Positions 37,650 through 52,600 of a DNA stretch of 64,000 nt are shown here, piece after piece; position 1 is the first letter of the stretch, and each line of letters begins with the position of its first letter. The notes below the pieces were generated by a model. The model made no database searches, had not been told where the DNA came from, and saw only the letters and a program-made list of their open reading frames with translations. A program made the translations under genes and the position numbers. Origin of the DNA: Eledone cirrhosa (taxonomy: Eukaryota); NCBI GenBank assembly GCA_964016885.1, contig CAXHJY010000814.1, positions 1 to 64,000 on the forward strand, given 5' to 3'.

Positions 37650-40644
37650 ACTTTGAAAACTAAGCAACACATCAATTTATACAACAACAAACATAGCGTT
37701 ACTCTCTCCGTCACTCTTCCCTCTCTCTACAATAGATTATTCCCCCCTCTCTATAATTTAACTGCTTTACTCTCTTCATGCTTCGAGGTTTAACACACCT
37801 CCTTATGGTTTCTTAGCTTCACTCTCTCCATCGCTCTTCCCTCTCTCTATAATAGATCTTTCCCCCCTCTTCGTTCAGAAACGCGAAAAAAACTTTGATA
37901 ATTAAGCAACACATAAATTTATACAACAGACAGTCATAACGATGCTCATACATCAAATAACAAAACTTAAAAAGCCGATAACACTACTCATTTGGCTGAT
38001 AACAAAAATCAACGAAAGCAGCACTGACAGCATCATTTCAGCAGAAATACCCAACCCAAAATTGGACAGAGAACTCCACAACATCGTCACTGTTCACATG
38101 GTTCATGGGCCATGCGGGAATGGTTTCAATATGAATTCGCCATGAATTAAAGAAAGAAAGTCCACCAAGAGGTATCCTAGGCCATTCCTCCAAGAAACTC
38201 AGACGGGTGGCGTCAGTTATCCATTATACCGCTGCAGGAAGCCAACGGACAGAGGAATTGTTGTGATAACACCACATCACCACGTCGACAAGCGGTGCAT
38301 TGTACCCTACTGCCCACTTCTGCTTAAAATGTTTAACGCCCACATTAACGTTGAATACTGCCACTCCGTCAAATCAATAAAGTATGTCTGCAAGTTCATC
38401 AATAAGGGGTCCGATGCTGCGTCCTTCGGTCTTACAATGCAGAACAGCCGATACATCAGCAGTAATGAAACGTTCTCACAATTCTTACACTTTACAATAT
38501 ACCATAACTACCCCCCAATCAAACAGTTGGCGGTGCACCTTGAAAACGGTCAAAGAGTCTACTTCACCGCTGCTGAGATAGCAAAGGAACCCAAGGACAC
38601 CACACTTACGGCATTTAAGTTATTCCAAAACGATCCCTTCGCCAAGACCCTCTTCTACTTTCAGGTGCCATCATACTACACATGGAACACAGACAACAGA
38701 ATTTGGTTTAGAAGGGTGAAAGGACAACCCGTTGACGGACATCCAGACATTAAAATGTCCCCAACCCTTGGGAGAGTGTACACCATTAATACCAACAGGA
38801 ATGCTTTTAATCTCCGCCTTCTACTGCATGAGGTGGTAGGACCAACATCTTTCGACGATCTGAAAACAATCAACGGAGAGACTTGTACTTCATTCCGCGC
38901 AGCCTGCCTTAGATGGGGTCTACTGGAAGATGGCACTCAGTGGGATGCGACATTGGCGGAGGCAGCTACAACACGCTCAGTGCGAACTCTTCGGCAACTC
39001 TTTGCGGTGCTACTGCAGACATGCGAGTTAAGCGACCCTGTATCCTAATGGGACAAATACAAAGAGGACCTTTCCGATGACAACATACACCAAGGACAAC
39101 TGCTACTCCCTCATTCCGACGTACGACTCAGCGACGAATTCTTCAACAAAGATCTCATTGACATCGAGGACAAAATCCTAACTGCCGGCGGAAATCACCT
39201 TCCATTCTATGGACTGCCAAAAGTTCAGCGAACGGGCTCAGAGAAACTTCCGAAGCGCATAATTCAGGAAACTGCCTACAACATCGATGCCCTCAAACTG
39301 TTCATCAACGAAAACGAGCCGAAATTGTTGCAGGACCAACAGCGGGCGCGACAGCAAAAAGGAATCGCCCGGGCTGTGGCGGCTTCTGGGATTGCTGCAA
39401 CTCTGCTGCCCGGAGGGAGGACAGCTCATTTCGCATTTAAACTACCATTCAACACGACTTCAGACGACACAATAACCTGCAACATCATCAAGGACTCTGA
39501 CAAAGCGGAAGTCTTGATTGTGTGGGACGAATGCACAATGGCCCATAAAGGATCCCTTGAGGCGTTAGACAGGACCCTACGAGACATCAGGGAATGCAAC
39601 CGGCCGATGGGAGGAGTACCTCTACTGCTGTCTGGCAATTTTCGACAAACTCTTCCAGTTGTTCCAAAAGCCACCAGGGCCGACACTGTGGGGGCTTGCA
39701 TTAAATCATCTCCCCTGTGGCAGGAAGTGACAACTTGACCCTCACAACAAACATGAGAGCCCAACTGCTCGGCGACCGCTCATCAGCAGACTTCTCAAAG
39801 GTCCTCTTAAAAGTTGGTGACAGCACTGCACCTTCAGATGCAGCTGGAGAAATGGCAGTCTCGCAAGTAAGCACTGTTGTCGACACTCTTGACGACCTCA
39901 CAGCCTCTGTCTTTCCCGATATGGCCATCAACTACAAAAACACGAGTCGTTTGTGTGATAGAGCCATATTGGCTCCCAAAAATGTCTCCGTTGCAAAAAT
40001 CAATGAGGACCTTCTGCAATGCATTCCTGGAAACCTCCGTACCTACAAATCTGTTGACAAAGATGAGGTTGACGATTTTCCAACAGAATTCCTCAATTTC
40101 TTGGACCTCTCTGGACTGCCACCTCATTAACTGCGCGTCAAAGTTGGGTCTCCAGTGATGCTGTTGAGGAACCTGGAACCACCACGTCTCTGCAACGGAA
40201 CACGGTTAGTGGCAAGAAACCTCCTGCCGCATGTAATTGAAGCCACAATTCTCACGGGCTGCGGCACTGGGGAAAACGTCTTCATACCCAGAATACCATT
40301 AACTCCATCAGGTATGGAATGCCCCTGTACTCTGCGCCGACTTCAATTCCCCGTTAAACTTTGCTTCGCGGTGTCAATCAACAAGTCTCAAGGCCAAACG
40401 CTATAAACAGCATGCCTACATTTAGCCCAGCCGTGCTTCTCACATGGCCAATTATATGCCGCATGCTCAAGACTTATTCATACTTGCGCCCAAAGGCAGA
40501 ACAAAAAATGTGGTCTACATAGAGGTGTTGTGACTCCTCTATTCAGCACCACTACAGTCTTGCCGGTCTGACATATGGTGAGTAGATGCTATTGTTGTAC
40601 TTTAAAGCAATTAAACTCCGAGCAATGGCGGGCACTTCTGCTAG
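37650..40644 (+). mobile_element. Helitron (5' end not defined) with Rep/Pif1 helicase pseudogene ~37970-40533 and canonical 3' end
   Basis: ISAEIP..HMVHGPCG, VPY.PLL.K.FNAHINVE.C.SVKSIKY, SGIAATLLPGGRTAH, IVWDECTM, FRQTLPVV, MLLRNL..LCNGTRL, QFP..INKSQGQTL, FSHGQLY; 3' CCGAGCAATGGCGG hairpin then CTAG|T at 40641-40645. Confidence 0.96.
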
Positions 40645-43600
40645 TATTAATATAATTTACTATGAATGACATTTATTGTAATTTTTATTTCCCTATGGCA
40701 ATTAAAAAGAAGAAAAGTAAAATTTGATCTAAAAGAAATATGAAAATAGAAGCCAGCCATACATCCCTTACACCTCACATCACAAACACCACCACCCCTC
40801 TACTCATTCAAGCGCAAACGCAACCTCCAAAACCACTTCATTCATAGCTCCCTTCCACCTCCTATCACAAACAGCACCACCCTCCACCTCCACTCATTCA
40901 AGCACGAACGCAACCTCCAGATCTTCCTCATCCATAGCTCCCTTCCTCCTCACATGAAAAAAACACCACCACCTTCCAAGGCCCCAACATCAAATCCCTC
41001 CCTGCCTGCCACTCTTTCTACTGCACCTCCTCCAGCTTTGTCTAGGGACTCATTTGAACGATATCTGGAGTCCCCTATGTCAAATGAACGTTGTTTCTCG
41101 CTAATATCAAATGAGGACACTGACTCATATCTTGCATTTATCTTAGATGAATACGAGGGAGAATTTCAAGAACAACAACCTCAAGGAAACAACGAGCGAA
41201 ATAGGTGACCAAGTGGATTGGGGACTTTGACCCCAGCTTTCACACTGAGTCAGGAATAAAAACAGACACTACCTACTCTGCTCAAGAAAAGAACAAAGAC
41301 AACGAGATTCCTAAGACGACTTCACTGATCAGCAGAAATGGGTGAAATACAGGCACCTAATAAAGTCAAACACAGAAGCACCAAGTCCCACTTTATTAAC
41401 AGATTCTCAATTATAATTTTCTTATATTGCATGTCATATTAATATAATTTACTTTGTATGACATTTATTGTAATTTTTATTTCTCTATGGCAATTAAAAA
41501 GAAGAAACAAAGAAATTTGATCTAAGAAAAATATGAAAATAGATGCCTGCCATAGCTCCCTTCCTCCTCACATCACAAATACCACCACACTCACACCCCT
41601 CCACTCATTCCAGCAAGAACACAACCTCCGGAAACTTCTCATCCATAGCTCCCTTACACCTCACCACAAACACCACCACCATCCAAGGGCCCAAAAGCAA
41701 ATCCTTCTCTGCCTGGCATTCCTCCTACTGCACCTCCTCCAGCTTTGTCTACGGACTCCTTTGAACGGAATCTGGAGTCCCCTATGTCAAATGAACGTTG
41801 TTTCTCGCTAATATCGAATGAGGACACTGACTCATCCGACGAATATCTTGCATTTATCTTAGATGAATACGAGGGAGAATTTCAAGAACAACAACCACAA
41901 GGAAACAACGAGCAAAATAGGTGACCAAGTGGATTGGGGACTTTGACCCCAGCTTTAACACTGAGTCAGGAATACATACAAATGCTGTTTACTCTGCTCA
42001 AAAAAAGAACAAAGACAACGAGATTCCTAAGACGACTTCACCGATCAACAGAATTGGGTGAAATACAGGCACCTAATAAAGTCAAACACAGAAACACCAA
42101 GTCCCACTTTATTAACAGATTCTCAATTATAATTTTCTTATATTGCATGTCATATTAATATAATTTACTTTGTATGACATTTATTGTAATTTTTATTTCT
42201 CTATGGCAATTAAAAAGAAGGAACAAAGAAATTTGATCTTAAAAAATTATGAAAATAGAAGACCGCCATAGCTCCCTTACACCTCACATCACAAACACCA
42301 CCACCCTCTACCACACTCACACCCTTCTATTCATTCAAGCACGAACACAACCTCCGGACCCTGTTCACCCATAGCTCCCTTCCTCATCACATTACAAACA
42401 CCATCACCCTCCTCCACTCATTCAAGTGCAAACACAACCTCCAAAACCACTTCATTCATAGCTCCCTTCCACCTATCACAAACACCATCACACTCCACCT
42501 CCACCAAACTCACAAACCTCCACACATTCAAGGACGAACGCAACCTCCAGATCTTCCTCATCCATAGCTCCCTTCCTCCTCACATCAAAAAAACACCACC
42601 ACCTTCCAAGGGTCCAACACCAAATCCCTTTCTGCATGCCACTCTTTCCACTGCACCTCCTCCAGCTTTGTCTACGGACTCTTTTGAACGGAATCTGGAG
42701 TCCCCTATATCAAATGAACGTTGTTTCTCGCTAATATCAAATGAGGACACTGACTCATATCTTGCATTTATCTTAGATGAATACGAGGGAGAATTTCAAG
42801 AACAACAACCTCAAGGAAACAACGAGCGAAATAGGTGACCAAGTGGATTGGGGACTTTGACCCCAGCTTTAACACTGAGTCAGGAATAAAAACAAACGCT
42901 ACCTACTCTGCTCAAGAAAAGAACAAAGACAACGAGATTCCTAAGACGACTTCACTGATCAGCAGAAATGGGTGAAATACAGGCACCTAATAAAGTCAAA
43001 CACAGAAGCACCAAGTCCCACTTTATTAACAGATTCTCAATTATAATTTTCTTATATTGCATGTCATATTAACATAATTTACTTTGTATGACATTTATTG
43101 TAATTTTTATTTCTCTAAGGCAATTAAAAAGAAGAAACAAAGAAATTTGATCTTAAAAAATTATGAAAATAGAAGACCGCCATAGCTCCCTTACACCTCA
43201 TATCACAAACACCACCACCCTCTACCACACTCACACCCTTCTATTCATTCAAGCACGAACACAACCTCCGGACCCTGTTCACCCATAGATCCCTTCCTCA
43301 TCACATTACAGACACCATCACCCTCCTCCACTCATTCAAGTGCAAACACAACCTCCAAAACCACTTCATTCATAGCTCCCTTCCACCTCCTATCACAAAC
43401 ACCATCACACACCACCTCCACCAAACTCACAAACCTCCACACATTCAAGGACGAACGCAACCTCCAGATCTTCCTCATCCATAGCTCCCTTCCTCCTCAC
43501 ATCAAAAAAACACCACCACCTTCCAAGGGCCCACCACCAAATCCCTTTCTGCATGCCACTCTTTCCACTGCACCTCCTCCAGCTTTGTCTACGGACTCTT

Positions 43601-46600
43601 TTGAACGGAATCTGGAGTCCCCTATGTCAAATGAACGTTGTTTCTCGCTAATATCAAATGAGGACAGTGACTCATCCGACAGACATCTTGCATTTATCTT
43701 AGATGAATACGAGGGAGAATTTCAAGAACAACAACCACAAGGAAACAACGAGCAAAATAGGTGACCAAGTGGATTGGGGACTTTGACCCCAGCTTTAACA
43801 CTGAGTCAGGCATGCAAACAAACACTACTCTACTCAAGAATAGAACAAAGACAACGAGATTCCTAAGACGACTTCACTGATCAACAGAAATGGGTGAAAT
43901 ACAGGCACCTAATAAAGTCAAACACTGAAGCACCAAGTCCCATTTTATTAACAGATTCTCAATTATAATTTTCTTATATTGCATGTCATATTAATATAAT
44001 TTACTTTGTATGACATTTATTGTAATTTTTATTTCTCTATGGCAATTAAAAAGAAGAAACAAAGAAATTTGATCTAAGAAAAATATGAAAATAGATGCCT
44101 GCCATAGCTCCCTTCCACCTCACATCACAAATACCACCACCACACTCACACCCCTCCACTCATTCCAGCAAGAACACAACCTCCGGAAACTTCTCATCCA
44201 TAGCTCCCTTACACCTCACCACAAACACCACCACCATCCAAGGGCCCAAAAGCAAATCCTTCTCTGCCTGGCATTCCTCCTACTGCACCTCCTCCAGCTT
44301 TGTCTACGGACTCCTTTGAACGGAATCTGGAGTCCCCTATGTCACATGAACGTTGTTTCTCGCTAATATCGAATGAGGACACTGACTCATCCGACAGACA
44401 TCTTGCATTTATCTTAGATGAATACGAGGGAGAATGTCAAGAACAACAACCACAAGGAAACGAGCGAAATAGGTGACCAAGTGGATTGGGGACTTTGACC
44501 CCAGCTTTAACACTGAGTCAGGCATACAAACAAACACTACTCTGCTCAAGAATAGAACAAAGACAACGAGATTCCTAAGACGACTTCACTGATCAACAGA
44601 AATGGGTGAAATACAGGCACCTAATAAAGTCAAACACAGAAACACCAAGTCCCATTTTATTAACAGATTCTCAATTATAATTTTCTTATATTGCATGTCA
44701 TATTAATATAATTTACTTTGTATGAGATTTATTGTAATTTTTATTTCTCTAAGGCAATTAAAAAGAAGAAACAAAGAAATTTGATCTTAAAAAATTATGA
44801 AAATAGAAGACCGCCATAGCTCCCTTCCACCTCACATCACAAACACCACCACCACACTCACACCCCTCCACTCATTCCAGCAAGAACACAACCTCCGGAA
44901 ACTTCTCATCCATAGCTCCCTTCCACCTCACATCACAAACACCACCACCCTCTACCACACTCACACCCTTCTATTCATTCAAGCACGAACACAACCTCCG
45001 GACCCTGTTCACCCATAGCTCCCTTCCTCATCACATTACAAACACCATCACCCTCCTCCACTCATTCAAGTGCAAACACAACCTCCAAAACCACTTCATT
45101 CATAGCTCCCTTCCACCTCTTATCACAAACACCATCACACTCCACCTCCACCAAACTCACAAACCTCCACACATTCAAGGACGAACGCAACCTCCAGATC
45201 TTCCTCATCCATAGCTCCCTTCCTCCTCACATCAAAAAAACACCACCACCTTCCAAGGGTCCAACACCAAATCCCTTTCTGCATGCCACTCTTTCCACTG
45301 CACCTCCTCCAGCTTTGTCTACGGACTCTTTTGAACGGAATCTGGAGTCCCCTATGTCAAATGAACGTTGTTTCTCGCTAATATCAAATGAGGACACTGA
45401 CTCATATCTTGCATTTATCTTAGATGAATACGAGGGAGAATTTCAAGAACAACAACCTCAAGGAAACAACGAGCGAAATAGGTGACCAAGTGGATTGGGG
45501 ACTTTGACCCCAGCTTTAACACTGAGTCAGGAATAAAAACAGACACTACCTACTCTGCTCAAGAAAAGAACAAAGACAACGAGATTCCTAAGACGACTTC
45601 ACTGATCAGCAGAAATGGGTGAAATACAGGCACCTAATAAAGTCAAACACAGAAGCACCAAGTCCCACTTTATTAACAGATTCTCAATTATAATTTTCTT
45701 ATATTGCATGTCATATTAATATAATTTACTTTGTATGACATTTATTGTAATTTTTATTTCTCTATGGCAATTAAAAAGAAGAAACAAAGAAATTTGATCT
45801 AAGAAAAATATGAAAATAGATGCCTGCCATAGCTCCCTTCCTCCTCACATCACAAATACCACCACACTCACACCCCTCCACTCATTCCAGCAAGAACACA
45901 ACCTCCGGAAACTTCTCATCCATAGCTCCCTTACACCTCACCACAAACACCACCACCATCCAAGGGCCCAAAAGCAAATCCTTCTCTGCCTGGCATTCCT
46001 CCTACTGCACCTCCTCCAGCTTTGTCTACGGACTCCTTTGAACGGAATCTGGAGTCCCCTATGTCACATGAACGTTGTTTCTCGCTAATATCGAATGAGG
46101 ACACTCACTCATCCGACAGACATCTTGCATTTATCTTAGATGAATACGAGGGAGAATTTCAAGAACAACAACCACAAGGAAACAACGAGCAAAATAGGTG
46201 ACCAAGTGGATTGGGGACTTTGACCCCAGCTTTAACACTGAGTCAAGAATACATACAAATGCTGTTTACTCTGCTCAAAAAAAGAACAAAGACAACGAGA
46301 TTCCTAAGACGACTTCACCGATCAACAGAAATGGGTGAAATACAGGCACCTAATAAAGTCAAACACAGAAACACCAAGTCCCACTTTATTAACAGATTCT
46401 CAATTATAATTTTCTTATATTGCATGTCATATTAATATAATTTACTTTGTATGACATTTATTGTAATTTTTATTTCTCTATGGCAATTAAAAAGAAGAAA
46501 CAAAGAAATTTGATCTTAAAAAATTATGAAAATAGAAGACCGCCATAGCTCCCTTACACCTCATATCACAAACACCACCACCCTCTACCACACTCACACC

Positions 46601-49600
46601 CTTCTATTCATTCAAGCACGAACACAACCTCCGGACCCTGTTCACCCATAGCTCCCTTCCTCATCACATTACAAACACCATCACCCTCCTCCACTCATTC
46701 AAGTGCAAACACAACCTCCAAAACCACTTCATTCATAGCTCCCTTCCACCTCTTATCACAAACACCATCACACTCCACCTCCACCAAACTCACAAACCTC
46801 CACACATTCAAGGACGAACGCAACCTCCAGATCTTCCTCATCCATAGCTCCCTTCCTCCTCACATCAAAAAAACACCACCACCTTCCAAGGGTCCAACAC
46901 CAAATCCCTTTCTGCATGCCACTCTTTCCACTGCACCTCCTCCAGCTTTGTCTACGGACTCTTTTGAACGGAATCTGGAGTCCCCTATGTCAAATGAACG
47001 TTGTTTCTCGCTAATATCAAATGAGGACACTGACTCATATCTTGCATTTATCTTAGATGAATACGAGGGAGAATTTCAAGAACAACAACCTCAAGGAAAC
47101 AACGAGCGAAATAGGTGACCAAGTGGATTGGGGACTTTGACCCCAGCTTTAACACTGAGTCAGGAATAAAAACAGACACTACCTACTCTGCTCAAGAAAA
47201 GAACAAAGACAACGAGATTCCTAAGACGACTTCACTGATCAGCAGAAATGGGTGAAATACAGGCACCTAATAAAGTCAAACACAGAAGCACCAAGTCCCA
47301 CTTTATTAACAGATTCTCAATTATAATTTTCTTATATTGCATGTCATATTAATATAATTTACTTTGTATGACATTTATTGTAATTTTTATTTCTCTATGG
47401 CAATTAAAAAGAAGAAACAAAGAAATTTGATCTAAGAAAAATATGAAAATAGATGCCTGCCATAGCTCCCTTCCTCCTCACATCACAAATACCACCACAC
47501 TCACACCCCTCCACTCATTCCAGCAAGAACACAACCTCCGGAAACTTCTCATCCATAGCTCCCTTACACCTCACCACAAACACCACCACCATCCAAGGGC
47601 CCAAAAGCAAATCCTTCTCTGCCTGGCATTCCTCCTACTGCACCTCCTCCAGCTTTGTCTACGGACTCCTTTGAACGGAATCTGGAGTCCCCTATGTCAC
47701 ATGAACGTTGTTTCTCGCTAATATCGAATGAGGACACTCACTCATCCGACAGACATCTTGCATTTATCTTAGATGAATACGAGGGAGAATGTCAACAACA
47801 ACAACCACAAGGAAACAACGAGCAAAATAGGTGACCAAGTGGATTGGGGACTTTGACCCCAGCTTTAACACTGAGTCAAGAATACATACAGATGCTGTTT
47901 ACTCTGCTCAAAAAAAGAACAAAGACGAGATTCCTAAGACGACTTCACCGATCAACAGAAATGGGTGAAATACAGGCACCTAATAAAGTCAAACACAGAA
48001 ACACCAAGTCCCACTTTATTAACAGATTCTCAATTATAATTTTCTTATATTGCATGTCATATTAATATAATTTACTTTGTATGACATTTATTGTAATTTT
48101 TATTTCTCTATGGCAATTAAAAAGAAGAAACAAAGAAATTTGATCTTAAAAAATTATGAAAATAGAAGACCGCCATAGCTCCCTTACACCTCATATCACA
48201 AACACCACCACCCTCTACCACACTCACACCCTTCTATTCATTCAAGCACGAACACAACCTCCGGACCCTGTTCACCCATAGCTCCCTTCCTCATCACATT
48301 ACAAACACCATCACCCTCCTCCACTCATTCAAGTGCAAACACAACCTCCAAAACCACTTCATTCATAGCTCCCTTCCACCTCTTATCACAAACACCATCA
48401 CACTCCACCTCCACCAAACTCACAAACCTCCACACATTCAAGGACGAACGCAACCTCCAGATCTTCCTCATCCATAGCTCCCTTCCTCCTCACATCAAAA
48501 AAACACCACCACCTTCCAAGGGTCCAACACCAAATCCATTTCTGCATGCCACTCTTTCCACTGCACCTCCTCCAGCTTTGTCTACGGACTCTTTTGAACG
48601 GAATCTGGAGTCCCCCATGTCAAATGAACGTTGTTTCTCGCTAATATCAAATGAGGACACTGACTCATATCTTGCATTTATCTTAGATGAATACGAGGGA
48701 GAATTTCAAGAACAACAACCTCAAGGAAACAACGAGCGAAATAGGTGACCAAGTGGATTGGGGACTTTGACCCCAGCTTTAACACTGAGTCAGGAATAAA
48801 AACAGACACTACCTACTCTGCTCAAGAATAGAACAAAGACAACGAGATTCCTAAGACGACTTCACTGATCAGCAGAAATGGGTGAAATACAGGCACCTAA
48901 TAAAGTCAAACACAGAAGCACCAAGTCCCACTTTATTAACAGATTCTCAATTATAATTTTCTTATATTGCATGTCATATTAATATAATTTACTTTGTATG
49001 ACATTTATTGTAATTTTTATTTCTCTATGGCAATTAAAAAGAAGAAACAAAGAAATTTGATCTTAAAAAATTATGAAAATAGAAGACCGCCATAGCTCCC
49101 TTCCTCCTCACATCACAAACACCACCACCACACTCACACCCCTCCACTCATTCCAGCAAGAACACAACCTCCGGAAACTTCTCATCCATAGCTCCCTTAC
49201 ACCTCACCACAAACACCACCACCATCCAAGGGCCCAAAAGCAAATCCTTCTCTGCCTGGCATTCCTCCTACTGCACCTCCTCCAGCTTTGTCTACGGACT
49301 CCTTTGAACGGAATCTGGAGTCCCCTATGTCACATGAACGTTGTTTCTCGCTAATATCGAATGAGGACACTCACTCATCCGACAGACATCTTGCATTTAT
49401 CTTAGATGAATACGAGGGAGAATTTCAAGAACAACAACCACAAGGAAACAACGAGCAAAATAGGTGACCAAGTGGATTGGGGACTTTGACCCCAGCTTTA
49501 ACACTGAGTCAGGAATACATACAGATGCTGTTTACTCTGCTCAAAAAAAGAACAAAGACAACGAGATTCCTAAGACGACTTCACCGATCAACAGAAATGG

Positions 49601-52600
49601 GTGAAATACAGGCACCTAATAAAGTCAAACACAGAAGCACCAAGTCCCATTTTATTAACAGATTCTCAATTATAATTTTCTTATATTGCATGTCATATTA
49701 ATATAATTTACTTTGTATGACATTTATTGTAATTTTTATTTCTCTATGGCAATTAAAAAGAAGAAACAAAGAAATTTGATCTTAAAAAATTATGAAAATA
49801 GAAGACCGCCATAGCTCCCTTACACCTCATATCACAAACACCACCACCCTCTACCACACTCACACCCTTCTATTCATTCAAGCACGAACACAACCTCTGG
49901 ACCCTGTTCACCCATAGCTCCCTTCCTCATCACATTACAAACACCATCACCCTCCTCCACTCATTCAAGTGCAAACACAACCTCCAAAACCACTTCATTC
50001 ATAGCTCCCTTCCACCTCTTATCACAAACACCATCACACTCCACCTCCACCAAACTCACAAACCTCCACACATTCATGGACGAACGCAACCTCCAGATCT
50101 TCCTCATCCATAGCTCCCTTCCTCCTCACATCAAAAAAACACCACCACCTTCCAAGGGTCCAACACCAAATCCCTTTCTGCATGCCACTCTTTCCACTGC
50201 ACCTCCTCCAGCTTTGTCTACGGACTCTTTTGAACGGAATCTGGAGTCCCCTATGTCAAATGAACGTTGTTTCTCGCTAATATCAAATGAGGACACTGAC
50301 TCATATCTTGCATTTATCTTAGATGAATACGAGGGAGAATTTCAAGAACAACAACCTCAAGGAAACAACGAGCGAAATAGGTGACCAAGTGGATTGGGGA
50401 CTTTGACCCCAGCTTTAACACTGAGTCAGGAATAAAAACAGACACTACCTACTCTGCTCAAGAATAGAACAAAGACAACGAGATTCCTAAGACGACTTCA
50501 CTGATCAGCAGAAATGGGTGAAATACAGGCACCTAATAAAGTCAAACACAGAAGCACCAAGTCCCACTTTATTAACAGATTCTCAATTATAATTTTCTTA
50601 TATTGCATGTCATATTAATATAATTTACTTTGTATGACATTTATTGTAATTTTTATTTCTCTATGGCAATTAAAAAGAAGAAACAAAGAAATTTGATCTT
50701 AAAAAATTATGAAAATAGAAGACCGCCATAGCTCCCTTCCTCCTCACATCACAAACACCACCACCACACTCACACCCCTCCACTCATTCCAGCAAGAACA
50801 CAACCTCCGGAAACTTCTCATCCATAGCTCCCTTACACCTCACCACAAACACCACCACCATCCAAGGGCCCAAAAGCAAATCCTTCTCTGCCTGGCATTC
50901 CTCCTACTGCACCTCCTCCAGCTTTGTCTACGGACTCCTTTGAACGGAATCTGGAGTCCCCTATGTCACATGAACGTTGTTTCTCGCTAATATCGAATGA
51001 GGACACTCACTCATCCGACAGACATCTTGCATTTATCTTAGATGAATACGAGGGAGAATTTCAAGAACAACAACCACAAGGAAACAACGAGCAAAATAGG
51101 TGACCAAGTGGATTGGGGACTTTGACCCCAGCTTTAACACTGAGTCAGGAATACATACAGATGCTGTCTACTCTGCTCAAAAAAAGAACAAAGACAACGA
51201 GATTCCTAAGACGACTTCACCGATCAACAGAAATGGGTGAAATACAGGCACCTAATAAAGTCAAACACAGAAGCACCAAGTCCCATTTTATTAACAGATT
51301 CTCAATTATAATTTTCTTATATTGCATGTCATATTAATATAATTTACTTTGTATGACATTTATTGTAATTTTTATTTCTCTATGGCAATTAAAAAGAAGA
51401 AACAAAGAAATTTGATCTTAAAAAATTATGAAAATAGAAGACCGCCATAGCTCCCTTACACCTCATATCACAAACACCACCACCCTCTACCACACTCACA
51501 CCCTTCTATTCATTCAAGCACGAACACAACCTCTGGACCCTGTTCACCCATAGCTCCCTTCCTCATCACATTACAAACACCATCACCCTCCTCCACTCAT
51601 TCAAGTGCAAACACAACCTCCAAAACCACTTCATTCATAGCTCCCTTCCACCTCTTATCACAAACACCATCACACTCCACCTCCACCAAACTCACAAACC
51701 TCCACACATTCATGGACGAACGCAACCTCCAGATCTTCCTCATCCATAGCTCCCTTCCTCCTCACATCAAAAAAACACCACCACCTTCCAAGGGTCCAAC
51801 ACCAAATCCCTTTCTGCATGCCACTCTTTCCACTGCACCTCCTCCAGCTTTGTCTACGGACTCTTTTGAACGGAATCTGGAGTCCCCTATGTCAAATGAA
51901 CGTTGTTTCTCGCTAATATCAAATGAGGACACTGACTCATATCTTGCATTTATCTTAGATGAATACGAGGGAGAATTTCAAGAACAACAACCTCAAGGAA
52001 ACAACGAGCGAAATAGGTGACCAAGTGGATTGGGGACTTTGACCCCAGCTTTAACACTGAGTCAGGAATAAAAACAGACACTACCTACTCTGCTCAAGAA
52101 TAGAACAAAGACAACGAGATTCCTAAGACGACTTCACTGATCAGCAGAAATGGGTGAAATACAGGCACCTAATAAAGTCAAACACAGAAGCACCAAGTCC
52201 CACTTTATTAACAGATTCTCAATTATAATTTTCTTATATTGCATGTCATATTAATATAATTTACTTTGTATGACATTTATTGTAATTTTTATTTCTCTAT
52301 GGCAATTAAAAAGAAGAAACAAAGAAATTTGATCTTAAAAAATTATGAAAATAGAAGACCGCCATAGCTCCCTTCCTCCTCACATCACAAACACCACCAC
52401 CACACTCACACCCCTCCACTCATTCCAGCAAGAACACAACCTCCGGAAACTTCTCATCCATAGCTCCCTTACACCTCACCACAAACACCACCACCATCCA
52501 AGGGCCCAAAAGCAAATCCTTCTCTGCCTGGCATTCCTCCTACTGCACCTCCTCCAGCTTTGTCTACGGACTCCTTTGAACGGAATCTGGAGTCCCCTAT

